Shown: positions 30,657 through 39,128, counted from the stretch's first letter. The stretch is 64,000 nucleotides of DNA from a virus (IMGVR_UViG_3300035703_002708); one strand, 5' to 3'. Notes: generated by a model not told the origin, from the letters alone. Made by a program: numbers and translations.

Positions 30657-30728
<72 letters not shown>

Positions 30729-30785
30729 CAAAAAAAATTAAAAAAAGTTTGTCTGTTAAAAACAAAACTATTATCTTTGTAAAAA

Positions 30786-30968
30786 ATGGGACAGTTCGTT
30801 ATCATAAAATTCATCAAAAATCAACAGGGAAAAGAGATGCCTGTGATAATTATAGATACTCATAATGAGGTCTTAGAGTTTGAGACATTCGAGGAGGCCG
30901 AAAAGATGAGAGATTTGATGGAAGCGAACTCAGATAGTGGATATCGTTACGAAGTAAAAAAAATATAA
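30786..30968 (+). CDS. Small hypothetical protein between tRNAs
   Basis: 60 aa; TATCTTTG at 30772-30779. Confidence 0.6.
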   Translation: MGQFVIIKFIKNQQGKEMPVIIIDTHNEVLEFETFEEAEKMRDLMEANSDSGYRYEVKKI

Positions 30969-30975
30969 AATATTT

Positions 30976-31052
30976 GGCCCCGTAGCTCAGTTGGATAGAG
31001 CAACAGCCTTCTAAGCTGTGGGTCGCACGTTCGAGCCGTGCCGGGGTCACCA
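30976..31052 (+). tRNA. tRNA-Arg (TCT)
   Basis: Acceptor GGCCCCG/CGGGGTC; ACAGC-CTTCTAA-GCTGT; encoded CCA. Confidence 0.95.
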
Positions 31053-31054
31053 TT

Positions 31055-31128
31055 GGACTTTTAGCTCAGTCGGTTAGAGCAACGGACTCATAATCCGTCG
31101 GTCGTTGGTTCGAGTCCAACAAGGTCCA
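31055..31128 (+). tRNA. tRNA with CAT anticodon (Ile2/lysidine or elongator Met)
   Basis: Acceptor GGACTTT/AAGGTCC; ACGGA-CTCATAA-TCCGT; overall resemblance to bacterial Ile2 but identity not resolvable by eye. Confidence 0.9.
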
Positions 31129-31144
31129 CAAAAGGAAATTTAAC

Positions 31145-31378
31145 ATGTATAGCATAACTTGGACAGTAGAAAAACGAAAAGAGGTAATTGATTTATTAGA
31201 TATTTATTTCAAGAAATATCCATATGGAGAAACCATTTATCAATCGGACAAGGCTCAAGAGGACGGTCTACAACTGTTATCTGAAATCTCTGATGTTATC
31301 CAACCAACTCGTAACGGTGATGGACAATCCAACACTATTAATTGGGATAATAGTTTCGGAGACCACGCAATTTTTTAA
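31145..31378 (+). CDS. Hypothetical protein
   Basis: 77 aa ORF. Confidence 0.6.
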   Translation: MYSITWTVEKRKEVIDLLDIYFKKYPYGETIYQSDKAQEDGLQLLSEISDVIQPTRNGDGQSNTINWDNSFGDHAIF

Positions 31379-31445
31379 TAAAAAATAATTTTTGGCGGAC
31401 TCAATTTTTTGTTTTACATTTGTAGAAACTAAAAGGATAAACACC

Positions 31446-31574
31446 ATGAAAAAAATTGTAGTTCTAATTTTGACCGTTATTACACTATCTTTGACCGTAA
31501 CTTCTTGTGCTACCTCTCATGGTGGTTGTAAAGGATTAAAAGCCCACCCCGATTATGGACGCAAATTTCGATAG
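31446..31574 (+). CDS. Small lipoprotein (42 aa)
   Basis: MKKIVVLILTVITLSLTVTS-C lipobox; TACATTTG at 31415-31422. Confidence 0.65.
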   Translation: MKKIVVLILTVITLSLTVTSCATSHGGCKGLKAHPDYGRKFR

Positions 31575-31809
31575 GATGTTCAAAACCCCACGACAAAAAT
31601 ATACTGAAGGGGTTCTCAATCATCTTCTAATCAAACAAGAAGATTTGACGGAGACCGAGAAAGAGATTATTACTTACGGGTTCGATTTACTTCAAGAAAG
31701 ATTAGATGAGATGAAAATCTTAAATGATGAAATAAAGAGGTTAAATATTGAACTTGCGAATTTAAAATCGTATAATGATGATGGGGAATATTTTTACCCT
31801 GAGGATTAA
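31555..31809 (+). CDS. Hypothetical coiled-coil protein
   Basis: 84 aa ORF. Confidence 0.6.
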   Translation: MDANFDRMFKTPRQKYTEGVLNHLLIKQEDLTETEKEIITYGFDLLQERLDEMKILNDEIKRLNIELANLKSYNDDGEYFYPED

Positions 31810-31931
31810 TTACTAACTTTATAGGTTGATTAGGGAATGTCTTATGACGGAGGTGAATTAAGTAATGCTAATCGTAAAAATAGATGTCCACTCGCCCATC
31901 TTCTATTTCCCTATTTTATAAAAAAATTGTT

Positions 31932-32228
31932 ATGGAATTTCTGAAAAAAAACAAAGTAAAAACATTTGATGACTTGGTTTTCAAACCACATGGTAACACT
32001 TTTAATGTTGGTGCTGTTCAAGCCGTGATGGAATTTGATAACGGACACTCTATCTCCGTTGTTGGTGGTGGTCAAGGTCTATACGGTAATGGAGTGTCAA
32101 CATTTGAGGCTTGGGCTTCTTGGCAAGACGATGTTCAAGGATGGTTATCTAAAGATGAGGTAACTGAACTTATGTTAGAAACTCAATCAAAACCTAAACA
32201 CGTTCCTGTTATTGGATTCAATGGTTAA
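31932..32228 (+). CDS. Hypothetical protein
   Basis: In-frame ATG at 31932; YSISVVGG..GLYG..TFE-type phage motif (HSISVVGGGQGLYGNGVSTFE). Confidence 0.65.
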   Translation: MEFLKKNKVKTFDDLVFKPHGNTFNVGAVQAVMEFDNGHSISVVGGGQGLYGNGVSTFEAWASWQDDVQGWLSKDEVTELMLETQSKPKHVPVIGFNG

Positions 32229-32232
32229 TATT

Positions 32233-32595
32233 ATGAAAGTAATTATAGCAGGAAGTAGAACATTTGATGATTACCATTATCTTAGTATAATGTGTGACCG
32301 TATTTTTGGAATCAAAGATGATATTGAAATTGTAAGTGGTGGTGCAAAAGGTGCCGATAGTTTGGGAGAAAGGTATGCAAGAGAACGAAACCTACCACTT
32401 ACAATTTTTCCCGCTGAGTGGGATAAATACGGTAAGTCAGCGGGTTATAAAAGAAACTCACAAATGGCTGATTACTCTCATATGTTAATTGCATTTTGGG
32501 ATGGAAAAAGTAAAGGGACTCAACATATGATTAACCTTGCGGAAAAAAAAGGATTGATGGTTGAAGTTTATAACCCTTTTGAAATAGATTATTAG
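32233..32595 (+). CDS. SLOG-superfamily protein (YspA/DUF2493-like)
   Basis: MKVIIAGSR, IVSGGAKGADSLGE.YA, AEWDKYGKSAG..RN.QM, AFWDGKSKGT. Confidence 0.85.
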   Translation: MKVIIAGSRTFDDYHYLSIMCDRIFGIKDDIEIVSGGAKGADSLGERYARERNLPLTIFPAEWDKYGKSAGYKRNSQMADYSHMLIAFWDGKSKGTQHMINLAEKKGLMVEVYNPFEIDY

Positions 32596-32628
32596 TTTTT
32601 TTTTGTAAAAATTTACTATATTTGTAGA

Positions 32629-33045
32629 ATGAAAACTTACTTGTTTTTGGACGATTTCAGAAATCCTATGGACTGCATAAATTATATGCGTTTGAGGGTT
32701 GATGATTCAGCTATGTATAGTCGTGAAAAGTGGATTGTAGTAAGAAACTATGATGAGTTTGTGAATTACATAACAAATAACGGATTACCATATTTAATTT
32801 CTTTTGACCACGACTTGGCAGATGAACATTACGACCCATCTATGTATAGTGGGAATTATGATGATGTTGCTAAAAACTTTAAAGAAAAAACAGGTATGGA
32901 TTGTGCTAAATGGTTAGTTGATTATTGTTTAGATAACGAAAAACAATTACCAAAATTTGTTGTTCATTCTATGAATCCTGCGGGAACTAAAAACATCTCC
33001 TCATTATTAAATGACTTTAAAAAGTTTCAAAATTTTGAGATTTAA
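32629..33045 (+). CDS. Cyclic-phosphate-processing receiver-like domain protein
   Basis: LFLDDFRNP, VRNYDEF, ISFDHDL, GMDCAKWL, VHSMNPAG; TATATTTG at 32617-32624. Confidence 0.75.
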   Translation: MKTYLFLDDFRNPMDCINYMRLRVDDSAMYSREKWIVVRNYDEFVNYITNNGLPYLISFDHDLADEHYDPSMYSGNYDDVAKNFKEKTGMDCAKWLVDYCLDNEKQLPKFVVHSMNPAGTKNISSLLNDFKKFQNFEI

Positions 33046-33100
33046 TTTGTCAGAATCAGAAATGTTTGTTAATTTTGTCCAACTCTTAAAAATAAACCCT

Positions 33101-33235
33101 ATGAAAACTTTCTTTTTTAAATCAAATCCGAATGAACTTTCAACTTTGGCAATACTTATCCAGATGGGAATATTTGCAACCGTTGGGCTAGGGTCCATAA
33201 TCGCAATATTTGAGTTTATCGCACATGTTAGATAA
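33101..33235 (+). CDS. Small membrane peptide
   Basis: In-frame ATG at 33101; one hydrophobic helix. Confidence 0.5.
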   Translation: MKTFFFKSNPNELSTLAILIQMGIFATVGLGSIIAIFEFIAHVR

Positions 33236-33509
33236 AATTTTCAAATACATCTTTTTGACGGGGATTATCTTCACGTTTTTTGTAACTGCACAAACCTGTT
33301 CAAGACCGATAACTCATAATAGAACTTTATATCAAACTGATGTCGTTGTAGTTCATTTTGACTTAACAAGAGATACGGTAAGAAGAGTTGTCTTTTTTGA
33401 TTACTTACAAATTGACCATATGGATAATCTCGTCAAAAAAGATGGATTTGTTGTTGCCACCAAAGTAAAAAAATACAAATATTTAAATTCAGTAAAAAAA
33501 TCTTTATGA
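33225..33509 (+). CDS. Secreted hypothetical protein
   Basis: Signal ending FFVTA|Q. Confidence 0.6.
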   Translation: MLDKIFKYIFLTGIIFTFFVTAQTCSRPITHNRTLYQTDVVVVHFDLTRDTVRRVVFFDYLQIDHMDNLVKKDGFVVATKVKKYKYLNSVKKSL

Positions 33510-34168
33510 GTGTTTTGAAGCTTGATAGTTCATCCAAGATTTGGATAACATCAGACACCCATTACGGACACAAAAACATTTGTCGTGGCGTCACAGATTG
33601 GCGTCTACCTGATGGTTCTATACCCGTAGACCAAACAAGAGATTTTTTGAGTGTGGAAAAAATGAACTCGGCAATTCTTAACAACATCAATGAGGTTGTT
33701 GGTCAGGATGATATTTTGATACATCTTGGTGATTGGTCCTTTGGTGGGTTTGAGAACATTCGTAAATTTTGGGACCAAATAGTATGTAAGAACATTCATC
33801 TTGTTTTGGGCAACCACGACCACCATATTGAACGAAACAGAGATGGTTCACAGGGGTTGTTTAAAAGTGTAAGTGACTATTTGGAACTTACTGTACCTGA
33901 TGTTGCAAAATTCGTATTGATGCACTATCCACTTTCTTCTTGGAATGGTTTGAACAAAGGAGTAATCCACCTTCACGGTCACGTTCACCTACCAAATGAT
34001 AAAAAATTTGGTAAAGGTAAAAAGATGGATGTTGGTATGGATGGTTCAGAAGAATTTCGTCCTTACAACTTAATTCGTGAGATTGTTCCAATTATGAGAA
34101 AGCGTGAAGTAATGTCTGATATGGAATTTGACCACCATACAGATGAAATCAAAGGAATAGTAGGATAA
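33506..34168 (+). CDS. Calcineurin-like phosphoesterase
   Basis: SDTHYGH, HLGD, GNHD, MHYP, HGHVH. Confidence 0.9.
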   Translation: MSVLKLDSSSKIWITSDTHYGHKNICRGVTDWRLPDGSIPVDQTRDFLSVEKMNSAILNNINEVVGQDDILIHLGDWSFGGFENIRKFWDQIVCKNIHLVLGNHDHHIERNRDGSQGLFKSVSDYLELTVPDVAKFVLMHYPLSSWNGLNKGVIHLHGHVHLPNDKKFGKGKKMDVGMDGSEEFRPYNLIREIVPIMRKREVMSDMEFDHHTDEIKGIVG

Positions 34169-34173
34169 TAATT

Positions 34174-34296
34174 ATGGGTAAAACTTATCGTAATACAAAA
34201 AACGATTCGCCAAAACAAAAAAACAAAGGGAATCAAAGTAAAAACAAATCTTCCAATAAAAAAAATAACAAAAATAAGGGATTTGATGATGAATAA
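34174..34296 (+). CDS. 40 aa K/N-rich basic peptide MGKTYRNTKND...GFDDE
   Basis: Translated by hand; fills the gap between two operon genes. Confidence 0.5.
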   Translation: MGKTYRNTKNDSPKQKNKGNQSKNKSSNKKNNKNKGFDDE

Positions 34297-34309
34297 TAAA
34301 ATACAAAAA

Positions 34310-34909
34310 ATGGACAATACTTTTTTTTTAAATCAGAGTATGGTCTTCACGGAGCGCAGTCTATATTTCATTCATAATAATGAGGATAGTGTAGTAATGG
34401 ATATTTGTGAAGATTCTTTGATGAAAAGAACCGCCGAACTTTTAATAATGGAGGGTGACGATGTCTTAGAAATAGGTTTCGGTATGGGAATATTTTCTGA
34501 TTATGTACAAAGTAAAAACATCAAAACTCACGTAATTGTGGAAAGTCATCCAGAAGTTTTCGAGAAATTGGTGTCATGGTCTGAAAATAAAACAAATGTC
34601 AATCCAATTTTTGGGGATTGGATAGATGTTTTACCTGAAATATTATCTCGTCAATATGATAGTGTTTATTTTGACACACATTATGATTTCAATACAATGT
34701 TTTTTTTAAAAAAAATACAAAATAATATTAAAAAAAATGGAAGATACTCAAGGTACACTTTAGACTCAAATGACACTTCCGCATTTAGTCAAGAAACACA
34801 CGGAACAGGGTTTAAGGTTCTGTATCAAGAAGAACACCAGATAGAAGTTAACAAATGTAAAAACGATACTTCTCCATTTTCCATTCCAATATGTATACTT
34901 TCCAAGTAA
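34310..34909 (+). CDS. SAM-dependent methyltransferase, GAMT/RMT2-like
   Basis: VLEIGFGMG, HVIVESHPEV, GDW, YDSVYFDT; start may instead be 34283. Confidence 0.7.
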   Translation: MDNTFFLNQSMVFTERSLYFIHNNEDSVVMDICEDSLMKRTAELLIMEGDDVLEIGFGMGIFSDYVQSKNIKTHVIVESHPEVFEKLVSWSENKTNVNPIFGDWIDVLPEILSRQYDSVYFDTHYDFNTMFFLKKIQNNIKKNGRYSRYTLDSNDTSAFSQETHGTGFKVLYQEEHQIEVNKCKNDTSPFSIPICILSK

Positions 34910-34975
34910 AATACTAATTTTTTAAAAATATTTAAATTTAATCGGTATTTCAGATAATTTTTGTATATTTGTCAA

Positions 34976-36037
34976 ATGTTAGAAACCTTAGAGAAATATC
35001 ATAATGAGGGGTTACTTTATAAACAAGTACACCCCTCTTTACCTCTAACCATATGGAACTACACTGAAAAGGTTCAATATGAAGGGTTATGGGATGATAT
35101 TACTCTAATGTCAAGAGGATTAGTGACCGACGATAAAGGAAATGTAGTTGCGAGACCATTTAAAAAATTCTTCAATTTAGAGGAATCAAAACATACTCCG
35201 ACTGAAAAGTTTGATGTATATGAAAAGATGGATGGGTCTTTGGGAATATTCTTTTATTATAATGGTGGTTGGGTAATGGCGACTAGGGGTTCATTTACTT
35301 CTGACCAAGCGGTGAAGGGTTATGAAATGATGTTTAAATATGATTTTGCATCACTACATAAGGACTACACTTATCTATTTGAAATCATATACAAAACAAA
35401 CCGAATAGTGGTTGACTATGATTTTGAAGATGTGGTTTTGTTAGGTATGATAAATACCAAGTCAGGTTATGAGGTTGATTTATATAGTGGGTCCGTGGAT
35501 GTTAGATTAAAAAATCTGATAAACAATTTAGGTTTCAAAGTCGTAAAAAAATATGATGGAATAAACGATTATAATACCTTAAAATCTATGGTGAGAGATA
35601 ACGAAGAGGGTTTTGTTGTTCGTTTTTCCAACGGAGATAAAATGAAAATCAAAGGTGAGGAATATTTGAGATTACATAAAATAATGACTCAAGTATCTAC
35701 CACTTCTATATGGGAAGTATTAAGTAACGGTGATGATATAGATGTATTGTTAAAAGATGTTCCTGATGAGTTTTATAACAAGGTAAAAACTTATGTTGGT
35801 AAATTAAAATATGCACATTATCAAATATCTGAATACTGTGGTAAGTATCACGATAGTTATAGATATGGGAAATATAATGATAAAGAGGTGGAACCAACCA
35901 AAAAGGAGTTTGCTGAGTTTGTTCAGAAAAATTTTGATAAAAAAGAACTCCACGCCGTTATGTTCGCCATGTGGGATAAAAAAGATTATTCTTCCATAAT
36001 ATGGAAATTAATAAAACCAAAATATGAAAAACTTTAG
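34976..36037 (+). CDS. T4 Rnl1-like RNA ligase
   Basis: RGLV..ARPFKKFFN, motif I EKMDGS, ATRGSF, YLFEII, EEGFVV, KIKGEEY; TATATTTG at 34964-34971. Confidence 0.9.
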   Translation: MLETLEKYHNEGLLYKQVHPSLPLTIWNYTEKVQYEGLWDDITLMSRGLVTDDKGNVVARPFKKFFNLEESKHTPTEKFDVYEKMDGSLGIFFYYNGGWVMATRGSFTSDQAVKGYEMMFKYDFASLHKDYTYLFEIIYKTNRIVVDYDFEDVVLLGMINTKSGYEVDLYSGSVDVRLKNLINNLGFKVVKKYDGINDYNTLKSMVRDNEEGFVVRFSNGDKMKIKGEEYLRLHKIMTQVSTTSIWEVLSNGDDIDVLLKDVPDEFYNKVKTYVGKLKYAHYQISEYCGKYHDSYRYGKYNDKEVEPTKKEFAEFVQKNFDKKELHAVMFAMWDKKDYSSIIWKLIKPKYEKL

Positions 36038-36350
36038 AATTTTAATTTTGGGTTTGGTTGTAAGTTTGGGTCTTTGTGTAAAAACAAAGGCTCAAACTTT
36101 TCGCTATTCAAACAAACCTAAAAACGGACCTATAATGTTGGTGGGGGGTATTACTTTAATTACCGCCTCGGTATTGGAAAATAATGCTCAAGGGGATTGG
36201 GTATATAGTTATTCACCGAAAACAAACTCATTCACTAAAGAATATGTAAGACCAAACATTTTCAAAAATACACCTGTCAATATAATTTTTGGAGTTGGTG
36301 TTACTTTAACCGCGACAGGATTAATTTCTTCGTTGATGTCAATCAAGTAA
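36024..36350 (+). CDS. Secreted/membrane protein
   Basis: Signal ending KTKA|Q plus two hydrophobic helices. Confidence 0.65.
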   Translation: MKNFRILILGLVVSLGLCVKTKAQTFRYSNKPKNGPIMLVGGITLITASVLENNAQGDWVYSYSPKTNSFTKEYVRPNIFKNTPVNIIFGVGVTLTATGLISSLMSIK

Positions 36351-37178
36351 TTTTTCGTTGATGTCGTAAAACCTACCTGTCTCAACCCACCTCAAAACTT
36401 GATAATTTGTTCCGGTCGCACTAAACCTACTCGGTTCAAAATCCTCAACTTTATTTATAAAACATTTATCCCAATTTTGTTTAGGAATTGAACTGGTTGC
36501 AATATCTTCAGAACTATATTTTCTTTCCATCGCAAATAACACAGGAAATTCCGATGTAAATTTTATGTCATCAACCTCATTCATCTGTGATAAGAATCCT
36601 TCAATAACAGATTCCAAATTTAAGTCATAAGCAATATAAGTGGTAACGAGTATTTCAGGAACCTCTTGAATATCCTCAACCTCACCATCTCCATCACATC
36701 TATGACAATTGTATTCTCCATCACCACCACAATTATCACATCCTAAATATCCCTCACCATCACAATACTCGCATTCTTCTTGTTCGGTATTTCCCTCATC
36801 ATCTTCTACATCAACTTTTCCATCACCACCACATTCATTACAACTTTCACTACCACTACCTCCACAGTAATCACAACTTTCGGTACCACCACCACCGCAA
36901 TAACCACACTCTACCATACCAGGTTCTTTACCGAAACAAATCATATCAAATGTGTAAAGGTTATTATTAATTGACCAATCAACTGTTTTTTTCTCAACAT
37001 TTCTTAACACCGCATCCAAATAAAAAGTTAATTTTATTGTTACTTCCAAAGGAAAATTTTGTGTAAATTGTTGGAAGGTTTTATTTGTTTTAATATAAAT
37101 GAAAAGTTGATTTAAATTCGTATAAGAACCCTCAGGTATCAATCTTGATAATCTTTTGGCGATGTTGTATAAATCCAT
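36339..37178 (-). CDS. Protein with six DnaJ-type CxxCxGxG zinc-finger repeats, no J-domain
   Basis: CGYCGGGG, CDYCGGSG, CNECGGDG, CEYCDGEG, CDNCGGDG, CHRCDGDG. Confidence 0.75.
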   Translation of the reverse strand: MDLYNIAKRLSRLIPEGSYTNLNQLFIYIKTNKTFQQFTQNFPLEVTIKLTFYLDAVLRNVEKKTVDWSINNNLYTFDMICFGKEPGMVECGYCGGGGTESCDYCGGSGSESCNECGGDGKVDVEDDEGNTEQEECEYCDGEGYLGCDNCGGDGEYNCHRCDGDGEVEDIQEVPEILVTTYIAYDLNLESVIEGFLSQMNEVDDIKFTSEFPVLFAMERKYSSEDIATSSIPKQNWDKCFINKVEDFEPSRFSATGTNYQVLRWVETGRFYDINEKLLD

Positions 37179-37200
37179 ATAATTTTTTCTTACATATAAG

Positions 37201-37214
37201 TATTTATATAAATA
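37201..37214. promoter_or_regulatory. Palindromic bidirectional late promoter TATTTATATAAATA
   Basis: Two inverted TATTTAT elements between divergent genes. Confidence 0.6.
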
Positions 37215-37222
37215 AAAAAGTT

Positions 37223-37831
37223 ATGAGCACATTTCAAAAACCATCGACAGGGAGTATTACAAAAAAAGACAACAATGTATTAGAATTTTCTAGTTTCAAG
37301 TTGGATAATATCAATTCTCCATTTGCTGGTGTTGTGACGGATGTATCACAAACAGATTGTGGAGGTAAAGTAAAGTTGAAGCATGTTTTCAATGGTAATA
37401 CTTTATATTCTAAATTCTGTAACGTCTCAACAATTTTGGTATCTAGGGGTGAAAATGTCAACGGTGGTGAAAAAATTGGAAAGTTCGGGGACAAACCTGT
37501 TGAGTATGTTTTGAGTGATGGAGGTAAAAACCTAAATCCTAAAGATTTTTTTGGTGAAGTTGAATCAAAAAAAACCGAGACTAACAAAGAAAGAACTTCT
37601 AAAAGTAGTGATTATAGAACAGAAAAGAAAAGAGGTTTGACCGTACCGCAAGAAATCGCAATAGATGCTATTAGTTTACCTTTGAAGATGGGTAAGGATT
37701 TCGCCAAGGGGTTAATCAGTAAACCGTGGCAAATGTTAAAAGATTTACCATCTAACATTTTACCAAAAAAAGAGGGGTTTGAAAGAGACCTCAACGAGGA
37801 AATAGAAAGAATAAAATCTTTATTAAAATAA
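37223..37831 (+). CDS. Degenerate M23-peptidase-like protein
   Basis: INSPFAGVV..KLKH..LYSKFCNV..VSRGENVNGGEKIG; HxH metal ligands absent. Confidence 0.6.
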   Translation: MSTFQKPSTGSITKKDNNVLEFSSFKLDNINSPFAGVVTDVSQTDCGGKVKLKHVFNGNTLYSKFCNVSTILVSRGENVNGGEKIGKFGDKPVEYVLSDGGKNLNPKDFFGEVESKKTETNKERTSKSSDYRTEKKRGLTVPQEIAIDAISLPLKMGKDFAKGLISKPWQMLKDLPSNILPKKEGFERDLNEEIERIKSLLK

Positions 37832-37860
37832 AAAACCCCACCATTAAGGTAGGGTTTATT
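37829..37860. terminator. Bidirectional terminator
   Basis: aaaaacccca..tagggttt between convergent genes. Confidence 0.6.
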
Positions 37861-37881
37861 AAGTAATTAATCTTCGGTAGA

Positions 37882-38052
37882 TTACTTACCCATTTTTTTA
37901 CACGAATCAACTTTACAAGAATCAACACGACAAGAATCAACTTGAGTTGAGTCAACAGCCGTAGAATCAGTTGATGGTGAAGTGGAATCAGAACCACCTG
38001 TGCAAGATGCGAGTCCAAGGACTACTACCAAAGAATAAAATAGATTTTTCAT
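37882..38052 (-). CDS. 56 aa lipoprotein with DST x3 and DSC x3 repeats
   Basis: Hand translation MKNLFYSLVVVLGLAS-CTGGSDSTSPSTDSTAVDSTQVDSCRVDSCKVDSCKKMGK; TATATTTG at plus 38084-38091. Confidence 0.75.
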   Translation of the reverse strand: MKNLFYSLVVVLGLASCTGGSDSTSPSTDSTAVDSTQVDSCRVDSCKVDSCKKMGK

Positions 38053-38190
38053 AGTTTTAATTAATTTATTAAGTTTACGATTTCAAATATAATTAACATT
38101 TTTTAAGAAGTCAAATATTATTTTTCAATTATTGATTTGGACTAAAGAAAAGTTTATAATACATTTGTAGTATACATAAAACAATAAACC

Positions 38191-38373
38191 ATGAAAAATC
38201 TAATTTTGAAGTCCGTATCAACAATTTTGTACTCGTTCTCGATTGCTCTTACTTTATTTTGTGTTTCAGGAGCAATCTGTTTCCCATCCCAACTTAATAT
38301 TACAATCGGTCTTGTTTCAATACTCACCTTTGGTTATTTTTCTTACCAATACTTTGACATACTAAAATCTTAA
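38191..38373 (+). CDS. Small two-TM membrane protein
   Basis: 60 aa hydrophobic; TACATTTG at 38160-38167. Confidence 0.6.
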   Translation: MKNLILKSVSTILYSFSIALTLFCVSGAICFPSQLNITIGLVSILTFGYFSYQYFDILKS

Positions 38374-38429
38374 TTTTTTTTATGTTTGGGTATTGACAAC
38401 TGAAAAAAAATACTTAACTTTGTCAAACA

Positions 38430-39128
38430 ATAATTCAGAAAGTTCTTTAAAGTATAAGTTACTGAAACAGTCTAGGTCCGTAGGGCTACTGTTGTATGTG
38501 AGGAAAGTGACTACGGGACTCCTTCGCATTTAAAGTGTAAGTGAAACATATTACCGCAGCGGTTATAGTAACAAAAGTAATTCAGAAAAGAGGTCTAGTG
38601 TGAACCTGACTAAATAGTATGACTTCGGTCATCGTTTTTGCGAGTCTGTAGCACGTTCTGAATTTTTTACGGTATGGCGGGGTAGACTGGAGAAGGCACC
38701 AGCTGAGTCTCATAAGCTCAACCACGCAGGTTCGATTCCTGCTCCCGCAACTAGTGACCCGTTTACGGTGGAATCGGATGAAGCCACCTAATTTTTCGGG
38801 ATGACGAAAAAAAACAAAAAAAAGAATGTGTCCGGGGGAGTTTTGTTTAATATTTAGGCTCTTGTTATGTGTTTCACACCCCTCACCCGTGAAATCAGAA
38901 AAAAAAGACCACCTTTTATAGTGTGTGCGTAGATGTGATAACCACACCTTTCGTTTGAGGTTCATCAAAACGAATAAAAAATGGGCTTAGTCACCCATTT
39001 AACACATCCGTCGAGTGGTCGAACGATTCGAGTTAATTGCTCACTACAATTAAACTTGGGTTTATTGGAAACCTAACCACAAAACCAATAGCCAAATAAG
39101 GGTTATCACTTCGGTGGTTACCCTTTTT
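38430..39128 (+). ncRNA. Putative long structured non-coding transcript with embedded tRNA
   Basis: TAACTTTG at 38415-38422; boxA-like GTTCTTTAA at 38442; more than ten GC-enriched hairpins; no credible ORF; UUCG-capped terminator at about 39098-39130. Confidence 0.5.
38676..38750 (+). tRNA. Atypical initiator-like tRNA (CAT)
   Basis: GGCGGGG/TCCCGCA with 1:72 G-A mismatch; TGAGT-CTCATAA-GCTCA; GCAGG-TTCGATT-CCTGC; shifted D-stem CTGG/CCAG. Confidence 0.85.

Noticed and set aside
38751-38806. Theta (HDV-like) ribozyme behind the tRNA
   Set aside because: Could not build the nested P1/P2/P3/P1.1 double pseudoknot by eye; only simple hairpins
38582-38968. 128 aa minus-strand ORF in the ORF track
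   Set aside because: Antisense to a tRNA and structured RNA, with no start signals; treated as spurious
38499-38975. RNase P RNA (GAGGAAAGT at about 38500 and GGGCTTA at about 38964)
   Set aside because: The two segments do not form the canonical P4 helix; GTGACTA/TAGTCAC complementarity is within chance for 700 nt; left to an Rfam scan
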